Assembly (NCBI GenBank): GCA_044892525.1
Contig: CM097885.1
Location: 34,844,001 to 34,908,000, forward strand
DNA from: Schmidtea polychroa
Taxonomy: Eukaryota
Length of the DNA stretch: 64,000 nt
Direction: 5' to 3'
A program made the translations under genes and the position numbers. Below, one piece after another: positions 50,298 to 60,836 of this stretch (positions are counted from its first letter, which is position 1; the number at the start of each line of letters is the position of its first letter). The notes below the pieces were generated by a model. It did not search any database. It was given only the letters and a program-made list of their open reading frames with translations, and was not told where the DNA came from.

Positions 50298-51371
50298 TGG
50301 CCTGCCGAACTTTGATTTGAACTTCGATTCGGACCAAAGTTCAAACACTTCGGACTTCGGCAATAGACCCTGTACGATCCAAATAGTGAAATTTTGCTTG
50401 AGCGATAATAAATTATTATTGTTCCGTGATTATTTACATTAAAATTAATGGCGACACGCAAACAGTGAAAGTAAATAAAATCTTAGTTGTTGTTCATTTT
50501 TCTTTACTATCGATTTTCCTTTCTACGGCTATGTCATACGAACACTGACAAGTCTAGCCTAGCCGTGGCTGTGTCGCTGTGTACACAATAGCCGTTCATG
50601 TTCATGCATCTCTATTCTCTACACTATAGCAGCCCTATACGTCAATCTCCGACTATTCTTAGCATAATCTCGATTGATTCGAGCCACGATATCGGGGGGC
50701 AGGCGCTTGAATAGGCATGGCTTGCGAGGCTGAGGCTACTGTAATACCACAATCAATTACCGATCGCAATCTAATAGGCCTAATAATAAATTTACTCTTT
50801 CCGAAATTTATTGCTTGGGCACTATTAGACTTGACTACTGTCAAGAGAGAAATATCACATAATCTACACATTTAAATTAATGTTGAGCACATTTAAATTT
50901 ATTATGTCATCTATCGTCTCTGTATGTCGACTCTCCAATCTTATTGCATGCCTGATGGAAGCAGCACAAGATGCCACGCGCGTGTATGCAGTTCAACCGA
51001 GTGCATATGTCAATGTCATGCACGATGATGTTCGTATACCGTACCTATCGACTTTATCGACAATAATACTTATTATAAAATTATATAGAAATAATTGTGT
51101 CATTTTTCTGTCATAAAATTGTGTGTCATAAATGAATGATTTATTCATTAGGTAAAATATTAGACTGAGCAGAACTGCCAGTTGAGCATCCGATTCACTT
51201 TCCACATCATCACATGCGAAAATCTCCATAGCTCCATACCCCTCCCCAGTGTACTGTTGGTGTATGAAGGGGGGAAGGAAATTTTCTTAGTCAGGCACAC
51301 GATCTCATGCATTAGACTCAGACTTATCCCAACATACATCACATGACTTCGTTAATATTCCCTCATGCGAG

Positions 51372-51500
51372 CCCGTGGTGATGTTTCCACGTTGGTTCTG
51401 CCCACACGGGTTGGAGTTGGTTAATAGGTGAGCCCCTACCTTAGGACTACTATTAACCCCCTCGCGGTACAGGTTCTAAGGTGCCTTAGAAGGACTTACC
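51372..51500 (+). ncRNA. Candidate structured RNA module, copy M6
   Basis: CC-GTGG..CCAC-GTTGGTTCT; GGTTAATAG/CTATTAACC around GTGAG...GGACTA; GCCTTAGAAGGACTTACC. Confidence 0.6.
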
Positions 51501-51760
51501 CTCAATCTCATACATCCTCGGGTCGACCCTGGTCCAAATGGACGACCTTCATACAATGCCAAACATTTAGTTCATCAATCGAATCGGGTGTTTCACTCAT
51601 CGTTCACGTAAAATAACTCATTAAACATCGAATAATTATATTAATTTTACAACACACATTACACAATCACTAAAGATAAAATGAGAAGTTGTCATATTCT
51701 AGAGAGGTGGTTGCGAATACCTCCGACAAGGTAGATCAACACTGTCGTCACCTCGCGTCA

Positions 51761-52498
51761 TTAAAAGACTTCTCTGTCCACTGGCAGGCGACGGTCCGCG
51801 AGATACTTGATGTCCTCGGCCGGTACGATTCGAAATATTTCTTTGGCCGGAATCACATGGGAACTAGAAATCTCTTTGAGGGTGGACTGGGCCACTGATA
51901 GTGAAGCTTCCAGCGCTGCCATCGCATCCCTGCGCTTCTGATTCTTGGCGGCCCTGGTTGGCCGTTTCTTTTTGCGAGAAGGTATCGGATTATTTGTGAT
52001 GGACGCGGCAGAGGGTGCCGCCAGGACTGGAGCCAAGATAGGGTCGGAAGAGCCACCTACTAAGGGTTGTTGATCGGATAATACCGGAGCTGGGATGGGC
52101 GGCAGATAGGAGCCATGCCCTTGACAGTTTGATGCAGACGCTTGAGACGTCTGGTGGTGTAGTGGAAATGCATTAGTACTATCAAAAACGGGAAATTCCG
52201 GAACTCGTTTGGCCAATTCGGCCTCCGTGTAGACCTTGTGGAGGGCTTCAGATTGCGCTTTAATTGTCAGTCGTTGACAACGGCTCTCCTCCAGCAGGCT
52301 GTCCCTGCAATGCTCCAACCGGAGGATCTTCTTTCGCTCCTCCTTCATCTGTGGCGGAGAGAACCACGTGCCCTCGTAGAGGTCAATACGCTTCTTCAGA
52401 GCCCCAATATATAGATGTAATTGGGCAATATCCGCGTTCTTGTCTGCGCAAGAAAAACACGGGCGAAGCTCCTTGTTAGTGTTGGACGATGTAGACAT
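51761..52498 (-). CDS. LTR-borne antisense ORF, copy 4 (245 aa, open; C-terminus divergent)
   Basis: PCFSCADKNADIAQLHLYIGALKKRIDLYEGTWFSPPQMKEERKKILRLEHCRDSLLEESRCQRLTIKAQSEALHKVY...RKKKRPTRAAKNQKRRDAMAALEASL. Confidence 0.85.
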   Translation of the reverse strand: MSTSSNTNKELRPCFSCADKNADIAQLHLYIGALKKRIDLYEGTWFSPPQMKEERKKILRLEHCRDSLLEESRCQRLTIKAQSEALHKVYTEAELAKRVPEFPVFDSTNAFPLHHQTSQASASNCQGHGSYLPPIPAPVLSDQQPLVGGSSDPILAPVLAAPSAASITNNPIPSRKKKRPTRAAKNQKRRDAMAALEASLSVAQSTLKEISSSHVIPAKEIFRIVPAEDIKYLADRRLPVDREVF

Positions 52499-55400
52499 CT
52501 AAAGATTGAATAATTTTCATGTTCATCCGTAATATTCGTTTATGTGACATTTACAATAGGGATACGGGCGTTGTAATTTTATCAATCATCCTACCCGGTG
52601 ATGCCCCGAAAATCTTTACCATTCATCTGTGCTCACATTCATTTAATCATCAACATTCAATTTAATTCACCCAACCCATGCAACTTGAAGAAAAGAAAAC
52701 GGGGAATTCTCAAAAAGGAACTCACTGGGTATGAACTCAACCTTTAGATTTACTTTCGGATTGGACAATTCCAATCTACTATACGTTTATGCATTCAGTA
52801 CGGTCAATTCTATCCCCTTTATTATTTGTCGCAATTTTGATAATTAAAATCTCGTTACTATGTTTTGTGAATTTGTGCGTATGTAATACTTATAAAATTA
52901 TAATTTCATGTCACTGGCGTCTACCCGTGTCATATTAATTACGATTAAAGTTATAAAAAAGACTGAAATATATATTAACTAAAATCATGTTATAAATTAT
53001 GTTTAATTATTTTAAATCTTTCACTGTAAGTGTTGTCATGGAGACGCCTACTCGTATGTAGTTATGTATTGTTCTTATTTTCTATGCATGCTGATATTCG
53101 TCATTATATCTGTTGAGGTGCATGTGTTATTTAATTTGTTATCAGCCTGTGCCGGTGTAATATCTAATGATTCTGTTATTTTAACTGAAGACATCAAATT
53201 CTTTACTCCTACATGCAGTCTCACCAATTCAAAGATAGTCCAGGTTGTTGTGTCATTGTATGTACTGTGTTCCACTAGGTGAGGTGTACGTGTGTTGTTG
53301 TGAATGGTGATCGATAAATATGACGTGGTGTTTGGACGTTTCAGTAGCTTAACTTCAATCGACGTCACCGAAAATTTGCTGCTCTAACTGCAGATTAATT
53401 TATATGTTGTCTGGTGGAAATTTATCTAGTGCGCACACATGTATTTATACTCTCAAGTCAAAACATTTGGAATCCCTGCAGGTTTCCCCAGAAAATCAGT
53501 AATATTAGACGAAACAGGGAGAGAAAATTGATCGTAACGAGTACGGGGTCAGTTATGAGTCTACTTGATTCTACAATCAGATTCCCTTCTATCATGTTAG
53601 TTCAAGATAACAACTGTCAATTCGTTCGCTTCGCGACATCTACCAGAAACCGATACTCAAGATCTCTTATCAAACTATTATCGACTATTTACTACGCCTG
53701 ACTCTAAACTGGCTGAGATTGACCGACGATTTCGCGATATCTCCGACGACTGTTTCTTTTAGACTCGTGGTAAGTGTTTTGATAATTTATCACGAAATGT
53801 TTACTTTACTGACAGGCGAAACGGTTTTCGCTGATTACGGTGAATCAAGAGCGACAAGTTATCCTAAAAGTGCATCGATGATGAATCTGACTGCTAATGC
53901 CCTGGCGATACAAATCCTGGAAATCTTCAATTCTTATGACAATTAATACGAGTCTTGTTGGAATCTTTACGAAAAATAAAACTCCCTATTAACGGATGTT
54001 TAAACAACTGCTGTTCGAAAACGTAAGCAATGGTCCGTGCCAACTCTAAGCTCAATAGGATGCAATTGGATATATGGCAGAAATGATTACCAATTGGAAA
54101 ATTTTCCTGGGATCCTCGGTGGGTTCATTATTGGCATTAAATTTTGTGACTGCGAATTTTCGATGGATAGGATCTCTACGACGACAATTATAATTGATCT
54201 CACCCGATGAAGAATTTTTCTCAACGCATCTATACCTCTCGCTAGATGTCCTCACCCCTCCTGACCCACCTAAGAGCGGCAATCATCGCTGCCACCGCCC
54301 TTAGACCGCCAGGAGGGACGATTCTATCTCCTCAATCATTACAAACTTGTATTCATAAAAATTTATTATAAAGTTGACTGATATGATTAAATAAATGTTT
54401 ACATTCGTTGCAAAATTATTTACTATATAAAAGGTTACTTGCCTGGCGACCACGCCGTCTGAGTCTCAAATATGATGCCGTTTCAACATAATCGCAAGCG
54501 CTTAACCATTTAAATTTGTAGTAATACTGACTTTATCCAGATTCTCAATATCGCTTCTAATAGCCATTCTCGTAGCTTCTCCAGATTTATTTAAATTTTC
54601 CGCATCATATTGGATTCTCAGACGACATCGTCGCCAGCACCATAGAGAGAGAAATACCTTTGGAAATGCAAATAAGTTTATTAAAATTAAAATATTTCAA
54701 CCATTATACGTATATATTACAATCATAAAAATTCATTCGTCTTACTGTGAATTAGTTGAAAATCGGGTTCAAGTTTCCTGTTAATTGGTATTTTCTCCTT
54801 AAGTAATTCGATTCCCTGTCGTAAATAGTCTGCTGCTAATTGTCGATCCTGTGTAAGTGTCTTCCTGTTATATTCGGTGCTTGGTATAATTTAGAATTGA
54901 GTGTCTGCAAAAGTGGTTCCTGTAGAGCAACGATTAAAAGTGGTGGTGACAAATAAATTTTTTACCTGTAGAGCAACGATTAAAAGTGGTACTCTACAGA
55001 TTTTTCTCTTTCGTTATATATTATTCTTCGTCCAATCAGGACTCGAATTGTGTGTAATATTATTATTTATTATTGTTTTTATGTTTTTTAATGTATTATA
55101 CTAGATTTTTATGACTTCTTTTATTTTTATTATTGTTTTATTTATTTTCCTATTTTTTCTTATTTTTCTCCTGTTTTTTCCTGTGAATTCATGGTTATTT
55201 GGTGATAGTATAATTTTTTGTTTTAATTATTCCAAGTGTTTATTTGAAAATGGCTTTATTTCTATTTATTTCTTGTTTATTTTCCTTAATTTCTGTTATT
55301 CCCTTTTTATTGTTATGTATGTTAGGTAACTTTCCTTTTCTATCTTATTTTTCATCTTATAAATTTCATTGTATTATTAGTTATTTTTATTTCCTTTATA

Positions 55401-55795
55401 ATCTTATTTCTTTTATTGTTTTTCCCAATTTAGTAATTCTTATAGTTTTTCCGCGATTTTTATGAAATTTATTTTTCCTGTTTATTTATCCCTAACCCGA
55501 TTTTCAACATTCTCAAAATTTAGCCCAACAAATCACTCCGGGGCCCGTTAAAATTGCGTCCCGCAATTTACATAATATCATACACTCCGATCATACCTTC
55601 TCGGTATTACACATAACTCACATTCAAAATTCACACAAACACAAAACTAAAATTAACTAAAAAATACTTTAATTAAACAGATCAAGGACAAATATAAGTA
55701 AGCAGTAGCCACTTAAGGTGACCGGTTTCATCATGTACACAATAAAACATCAATAATTTGTCAATAGTTATAGTTCGGAATGTTATGCTTGGTGT

Positions 55796-56458
55796 TCAGT
55801 TTGCTGTTGATGATGGTTGATTGGGTTGTTGGGGTTCGAAGTTGTAATACATTCGACAACTTGTGGACGGTCTGATTGTTTCTGCGATGGAGGTTCGTTG
55901 TCGGAAATTTCCTTGGATTACGTCAGCCATATTAGCTTCTTGGGATCTTCTAGAGGATCTTTCCGGTACGGGGTGACTTTTCTTCCAAACTTTGTAGATA
56001 TTATAGATTTTTAGGAGAGTGATTACCATGATTACGGTGGTTTCGGCGATTACCACGTAGAGGAGTTCATAGTTGTCATTTGTTCCGTTGGGGTTTTTTA
56101 CTTGTTCGACTGGGTTTTGCATTTCTTGATGTTGGATTTGCTGTTCTAATTGATCAAGTTGGTGAATTTGGTCCAGAATTCTTCTATCGATGATTTTATA
56201 CATAGGGTTGTGGTTACACGTGATTCGAATGTTGTTGATGTAATTTCGGGTTGCTCGAAGGTTATTGATGAGATTGGTTTTTATTGCATTTGGGTAAGCG
56301 CATGATGGGTTTATTGGTACGATTTTTTGATTGGGTTTTCTGTTGTCTCGAACCCGTTCGATTTGGGTTTTCACGGGTTGTCGCCTTGTCAGATCGAGAA
56401 TTATCATCATCATCAGCGTTGCTATGATCGGTTGGCTTCTCATGATACTGGTATACAT
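55796..56458 (-). CDS. Intronless predicted type I membrane protein (220 aa), unknown family
   Basis: N-terminal hydrophobic PIIATLMMMIIL, two Cys, a heptad LDQIHQLDQLEQQI, TM LLYVVIAETTVIMVITLLKI, then a basic-flanked tail. Confidence 0.6.
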   Translation of the reverse strand: MYTSIMRSQPIIATLMMMIILDLTRRQPVKTQIERVRDNRKPNQKIVPINPSCAYPNAIKTNLINNLRATRNYINNIRITCNHNPMYKIIDRRILDQIHQLDQLEQQIQHQEMQNPVEQVKNPNGTNDNYELLYVVIAETTVIMVITLLKIYNIYKVWKKSHPVPERSSRRSQEANMADVIQGNFRQRTSIAETIRPSTSCRMYYNFEPQQPNQPSSTAN

Positions 56459-56502
56459 TAATTATTTTATACACATTTATATACATCGGTTTTTTGTTGG
56501 CT

Positions 56503-57228
56503 TTAATTTTGTCGTTTCTTTTTAGGGGCTTTCTCTCGGATTCGCATTAATTTAGACTCTGCTTTCATGACCCTATGCCGGAGTTCCGGCAACATTTCTA
56601 GCTGCCTATCTTTCTCCTGGGCCTTGTCTGTCAAGTGTCTTATCTCTCTTTTCAAGGTTTTTATCTCCTTCTTCTTCTCTTTCAGGTTCCGTTCCAGCTC
56701 CAATTGTAGGAAATCATTTTCCTCTGGGTCGTTTGTCTTTGAGTTTTGTTTCTGCCGTTTTGTTTCTATTTCTCGATATTTATTGTTCCATTTTTCCATT
56801 TCTGCGTTTTCCTGTACTTTTACTTCCAGCTGGTTTTCTAGTTCCCTGATAGTTTCCTGTCGTTTCCTCGCTTCCATCTTCCAGTAATCTTCGATCACTT
56901 CGTTTGCCTTGAGACTGGCTCTTTCCTGCCATAATTCTTCCGCGATCTTCTCCCAATTTCTCCCTCGCTTTCTTTGATCGTGAAGCCATTCGTTTTCCTC
57001 CTCTACCTCTTTCTTTACTTCTTCTAACAAGGTATATTCTTTTTTCAATACTTTAATCATTTTTCGATTATCTCTCCATCTTTCCACTAATCTTTCGTTT
57101 TCTTGTCTCTCCTCTTGTAATTCTTCCTTGATAGTTTTCTTCCTCTCCACTTCTTCTAGTTCAATTTCTCCCTCTTCTAGCTCGATTATAGATGTTATGA
57201 TGGGTCGTCCGTTTTCAGTGTTTATTTT
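56503..57228 (-). CDS. Intronless coiled-coil protein; no ATG, frame opens at a TAG acceptor
   Basis: The Glu/Lys/Arg-rich heptad ORF (track 56503-57150, GTG start) extends in frame to 57228, immediately after TATATTATAG. Confidence 0.6.
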   Translation of the reverse strand, partial: KINTENGRPIITSIIELEEGEIELEEVERKKTIKEELQEERQENERLVERWRDNRKMIKVLKKEYTLLEEVKKEVEEENEWLHDQRKRGRNWEKIAEELWQERASLKANEVIEDYWKMEARKRQETIRELENQLEVKVQENAEMEKWNNKYREIETKRQKQNSKTNDPEENDFLQLELERNLKEKKKEIKTLKREIRHLTDKAQEKDRQLEMLPELRHRVMKAESKLMRIREKAPKKKRQN

Positions 57229-57399
57229 CTATAATATATACATAATTAATAATTGCGCTATAGTGCGGCTTATACGTATACATCTATATGTAATTATATA
57301 ATCGGGGTTACAGTCCCGTAAATATTTTTATCGTACTATTAATTTTTTTGTTGGGATACAGGTCCCGATTTTTATATTTTTTATCTTTTCCATTTATCT

Positions 57400-58437
57400 T
57401 TATACAAAGGTCTCTTCCTGGCCTACATACCCTTCATCGCTTTCTATTGACGTTTGTAGTTGGATTGCGATGGGATCGAATGGGATGTAGTACCGGGGAA
57501 TCTGCGCTCTAAGCTCCTGAACTTCGTCTCTTAGCGCTCTTGACACGTTGAGTTCCTCGTCCATCAGGTATGTTAGATACCTGGTTTCGTCGTCCCTTAC
57601 CTCGATCTGTTTTTCTAACTCTTCCGCTTTTTCGCCGTTCTCCCATTTTTTGATTTCCTTTTCGAGGTTCTTGATATTTTCGTCATACATCTTCCTCTCG
57701 TTTTCCAATTTTTTATTCTTTCCGGCTATCACTATGTTCCGTTGTTCTAGTGCCCCCTTGTAGCCGTTATTGTCTCTTTCAAGGTCTGCCACCTTATTTA
57801 CGAGTTCAACGATTCTACCTGACTGTTGCAGGATCATCTCTTCCATGGCGGTATTCTCCTGTTCCTTCATAGACAGTTTCATGGCCAGATGCCTTTCAAA
57901 TTCCATGGCCTTGGTCTGCCAGGTTTGACTTCTAGCGGCGATTTTTCGGAGCCTTCTTAGCTCTTCTCTCTGATCCAGGTTTTCTTCCCATTTTCCTTGT
58001 TCACTTTCGTATTCCAATTTCTGAGGTAGTTCTTTCATTTCCTTTTTGATTTCTCGATGTTCTCGTTTCCACTTTCTGGCTTCTGCTAATAGTTGACGGT
58101 TTTTCCTCTCCTCTTTTTGTTTTTCTACCTCTCGTTTTTGTTTCTCGTCTGTCAGTCTTTTTCTCGATTCTTGTACCAATTGTTTTAGGTAGTGACCGTG
58201 AGCTTCCTGTCTAGTGCTCTCTAATGCTGACCACTTGGCGGCTCTTTTACATGCCTCTGCCTCTGCTCGTAAATTTTGCACCAACCACTGGAATTGGTGG
58301 TTTTCCCATTCTCTTGCTTCTTCAAGATAGTTTCGTGTCTGATTTGATAGTTGCGCCATCACTTTAGCCCATCTTTCTCTGTGTACTCTATTGATTTTTA
58401 TTTCGTTGTTTGGGGCTTCAGTTCGTTCTTGTGTCAT
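57400..58437 (-). CDS. Intronless coiled-coil protein (345 aa), unknown family
   Basis: Long open heptad-rich ORF with purine-rich coding strand; GTTATTCAG acceptor 6 nt before the ATG. Confidence 0.7.
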   Translation of the reverse strand: MTQERTEAPNNEIKINRVHRERWAKVMAQLSNQTRNYLEEAREWENHQFQWLVQNLRAEAEACKRAAKWSALESTRQEAHGHYLKQLVQESRKRLTDEKQKREVEKQKEERKNRQLLAEARKWKREHREIKKEMKELPQKLEYESEQGKWEENLDQREELRRLRKIAARSQTWQTKAMEFERHLAMKLSMKEQENTAMEEMILQQSGRIVELVNKVADLERDNNGYKGALEQRNIVIAGKNKKLENERKMYDENIKNLEKEIKKWENGEKAEELEKQIEVRDDETRYLTYLMDEELNVSRALRDEVQELRAQIPRYYIPFDPIAIQLQTSIESDEGYVGQEETFV

Positions 58438-58657
58438 CTTTGTCTGAATAACGATATTATCAATTCAACGTCGCACATTTATATTTGTTCTATTATTTAT
58501 TTATTGTTACAATTTGGTATAGGTGGGTTGTTTTAGAAGTTTTCCGCTTAAGTTTACCTTTAGTGGATTTGGGGGTTTTTCTACACTACTATATAATATT
58601 TTACTGGATATATACGCCGATATTTACAATTTAGTATATACAAAATTATTCGTCTCG

Positions 58658-59727
58658 CTACTCAGTCCTACTCTTCCCGTCTCGCCTCACCGCTATTTTT
58701 ATGTATATAGTGTCGTTTCTTGTCATATCTTCTACTTTCCGCTGTAGGATGAAATTCGGTGCTCCGGTTGCTGATCCTTCTTCTTCCAATGGCCTCTGAT
58801 AACATACGAGGTTTCCCGCTGTATGGAAACTCTGTTCATGTATACTTTGATGGTTCATCATTGCGAGGTCTATTTTTGCTTTAAACGGCCATTCTATTAA
58901 CTCGTCGTATAGCCCTTTGCACATCAAGAAGAATACTGAGAAATGTGTTCCGTATGCGCTTCCATCCCCGTTGGGATATGCTTTCATTTTCATTTTATAC
59001 CCGTTTTTCCATGAGTAGAATGCTGGACTTAGTAATGTTGTATCCTTTCCATTTCTCGCTCTCTGCATTTTCTCTTGTACTCCCGTTATTTTCCATATGT
59101 ATGGAGCCGTTGGTATTAGTTCGTTGAGGTTCACTTCGCTTACTTTTTGATGTAGTTCCTTCACCATATTGTTGCTAGTTTCCACTAGATCTGTCTGTAT
59201 CTTTGTACTTGTTCTTGCCTCTTCGAATGCTTCTTTCTCCTGCAGTAACTCCTTTACCAACGCTTTTAGCGAGATTATTTCTTTTTCTAAGTTCTCGGTT
59301 TTCCTCTCGTTTTCTTGTAATACCGTTGACCACATTTCCGCGTGTGTTGATACGTTCTCTGCTAGATGTTGGCGTAATTCTCCTCGGTGTAATTGTTTTT
59401 GGCATCCCAATTTCCTAATACACACGTTATCTTTTTCTTTCGACATTCTCTTAGATGTTGAGCGAGTTTTATTACTCCGGATTCATCTCATTTGTTAGGA
59501 CATTCACCTCTGAACTCTGTGCATACTTTTTCCTCTTGTAAATTGTGATGTTGACTAATTAATTTTCTTCGGGTATCGGTCTCTCCGCAATATTCACATT
59601 TTTCCAGCCTTTCTACGCATCGACTTTGATGCTCTTCCTCTTCATTTGCTTTAATCGTTTCCTGGCAACGATCGCAAACCAATAACCAATTATAACCAAA
59701 TTTATTGGTTTTATTATAACCAATGAT
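58658..59727 (-). pseudogene. Intronless RING-less TRAF (TRAF zinc fingers, coiled coil, MATH) with one stop and one frameshift in the zinc-finger part; 58658-59446 remains open
   Basis: CDRC..HQSRC..CEYC; CPNK*...LAQHLREC..ITC/LGC..LRQHL; MATH YIWKITG...LLSPAFYSWKNGYKMKMKAYPNGDGSAYGTHFSVFFLMCKGLYDELIEWPF...GAPNFI. Confidence 0.9.
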
Positions 59728-60105
59728 CTGAAAATGATCTGAAAATGATCTAGATGTGATTTAACAATGATCCTGACATGATTCGACGATGATAGGATTT
59801 GACTATCATTGTGATTTGATGCCGATATTATATATTACTTTGATATTATTCGAGTATAACAATTTGATTAAATTTTGTGTGGACCCACCGTGGTCTTCTT
59901 TCTCTTCTTCTTTAAACCTTTTTCTAGCATGTAGCGTATCAGTAGAAACGTTTTATGTATGTGGGTATTGAGGTCACAACCCTGTAGCTCGTGGACCCAA
60001 TTACATGTAGGCACTTGTTATACAGTGTGGTGGGTTACTGATGATCAAATATCTTGCTCTTTAGTGCTGTTGCCAGCGTAACCCAAGATACAACATTGTT
60101 TACCG

Positions 60106-60240
60106 CTTGATACCCGTTGAATGATCAACGTTGGTACTGTATCAAGAGGGTGAGTGCTCGCAAAAAGTGAGCGCACTACTTGCACTGTAATTGTCGAGCA
60201 CTCTACTGGGTTCACGGACTGCCGATAGAAGGCTTGTGTC
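60106..60240 (+). ncRNA. Candidate structured RNA module, copy M7 (subfamily B)
   Basis: CTTGATAC/GTATCAAG around CC-GTTGA..TCAAC-GTTGGTACT; GAGTGCTCG/CGAGCACTC and GCAA/TTGC around AAGTGAGCGCACTACT; GCC-GATAGAA-GGC. Confidence 0.6.
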
Positions 60241-60836
60241 CGATTTGGCCTGGTCCCTTCACCAGATTGTCTTCCCAATACCATACCCTATTCATCCCCC
60301 TTATCTCCCACATACATCATTTTTTCCAATTCATGCACACACGCTCATGTTTCATGTCAACTCTCTAGTGAAAGTTAATAATTATTTATTAAAACACCAC
60401 ACATAATTCAGGTTTATGTTGGGTTAATTTCCCGTTCAATCAAAATACCAAAAATTAATACTTAATTTTAATTCAGGCAATCCAGATTAAATTAAAGTTG
60501 AGTTTAATTATCCATATTTCTTTTCCTTTTAAAAATTAAATTTTCAATTAATAATAGAAATAAAAATTTATTCCCAGGTGTTTAAATCACCTATTTATAA
60601 TTAACATAATTTTGATAATTTGAAATATTTTCTTTTTAACAAACCATTTTATTTATATATTAGTAATATTTTGCAATGAAAATTTTATCAGTTTTTTTTT
60701 TAATCATTGTTTACTATGTAATGTCAGCTACAGTTAATGAAAATAATTGCGAAGGTATTTGGCACTTAATTTTATTATATTTAAAAATTGTTCAGTTTGT
60801 GTTAAGTTTGTGAGACGCCTGAAAGATAGTCTAGAT

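Larger units (their letters stand above)
51255..55530 (+). mobile_element. Large-LTR family copy 4 (~4.3 kb; left end approximate)
   Basis: Module M6 then antisense ORF, a TATATA..CCAATCAG block (55014-55039) homologous to copy 2 (42645-42670), a T-rich tail and terminal AGCCCAACA identical to copy 2. TSD not confirmed. Confidence 0.65.

Noticed and set aside
50650-51230. Possible MULE/hAT transposase debris (IIVHDID...LCCFHQA)
   Set aside because: Only loose motif similarity; short ORFs in all frames are uninformative.
54435-54447. TTACTTGCCTGGC resembling the U1 snRNA 5' end
   Set aside because: Mismatch in the splice-site-pairing region, and no U1 stem-loops or Sm site follow.
56567-59498. 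Plus-strand Ser/Phe-rich ORFs overlapping the coiled-coil and TRAF genes
   Set aside because: Antisense shadows of Glu/Lys/Arg-rich coding strands.
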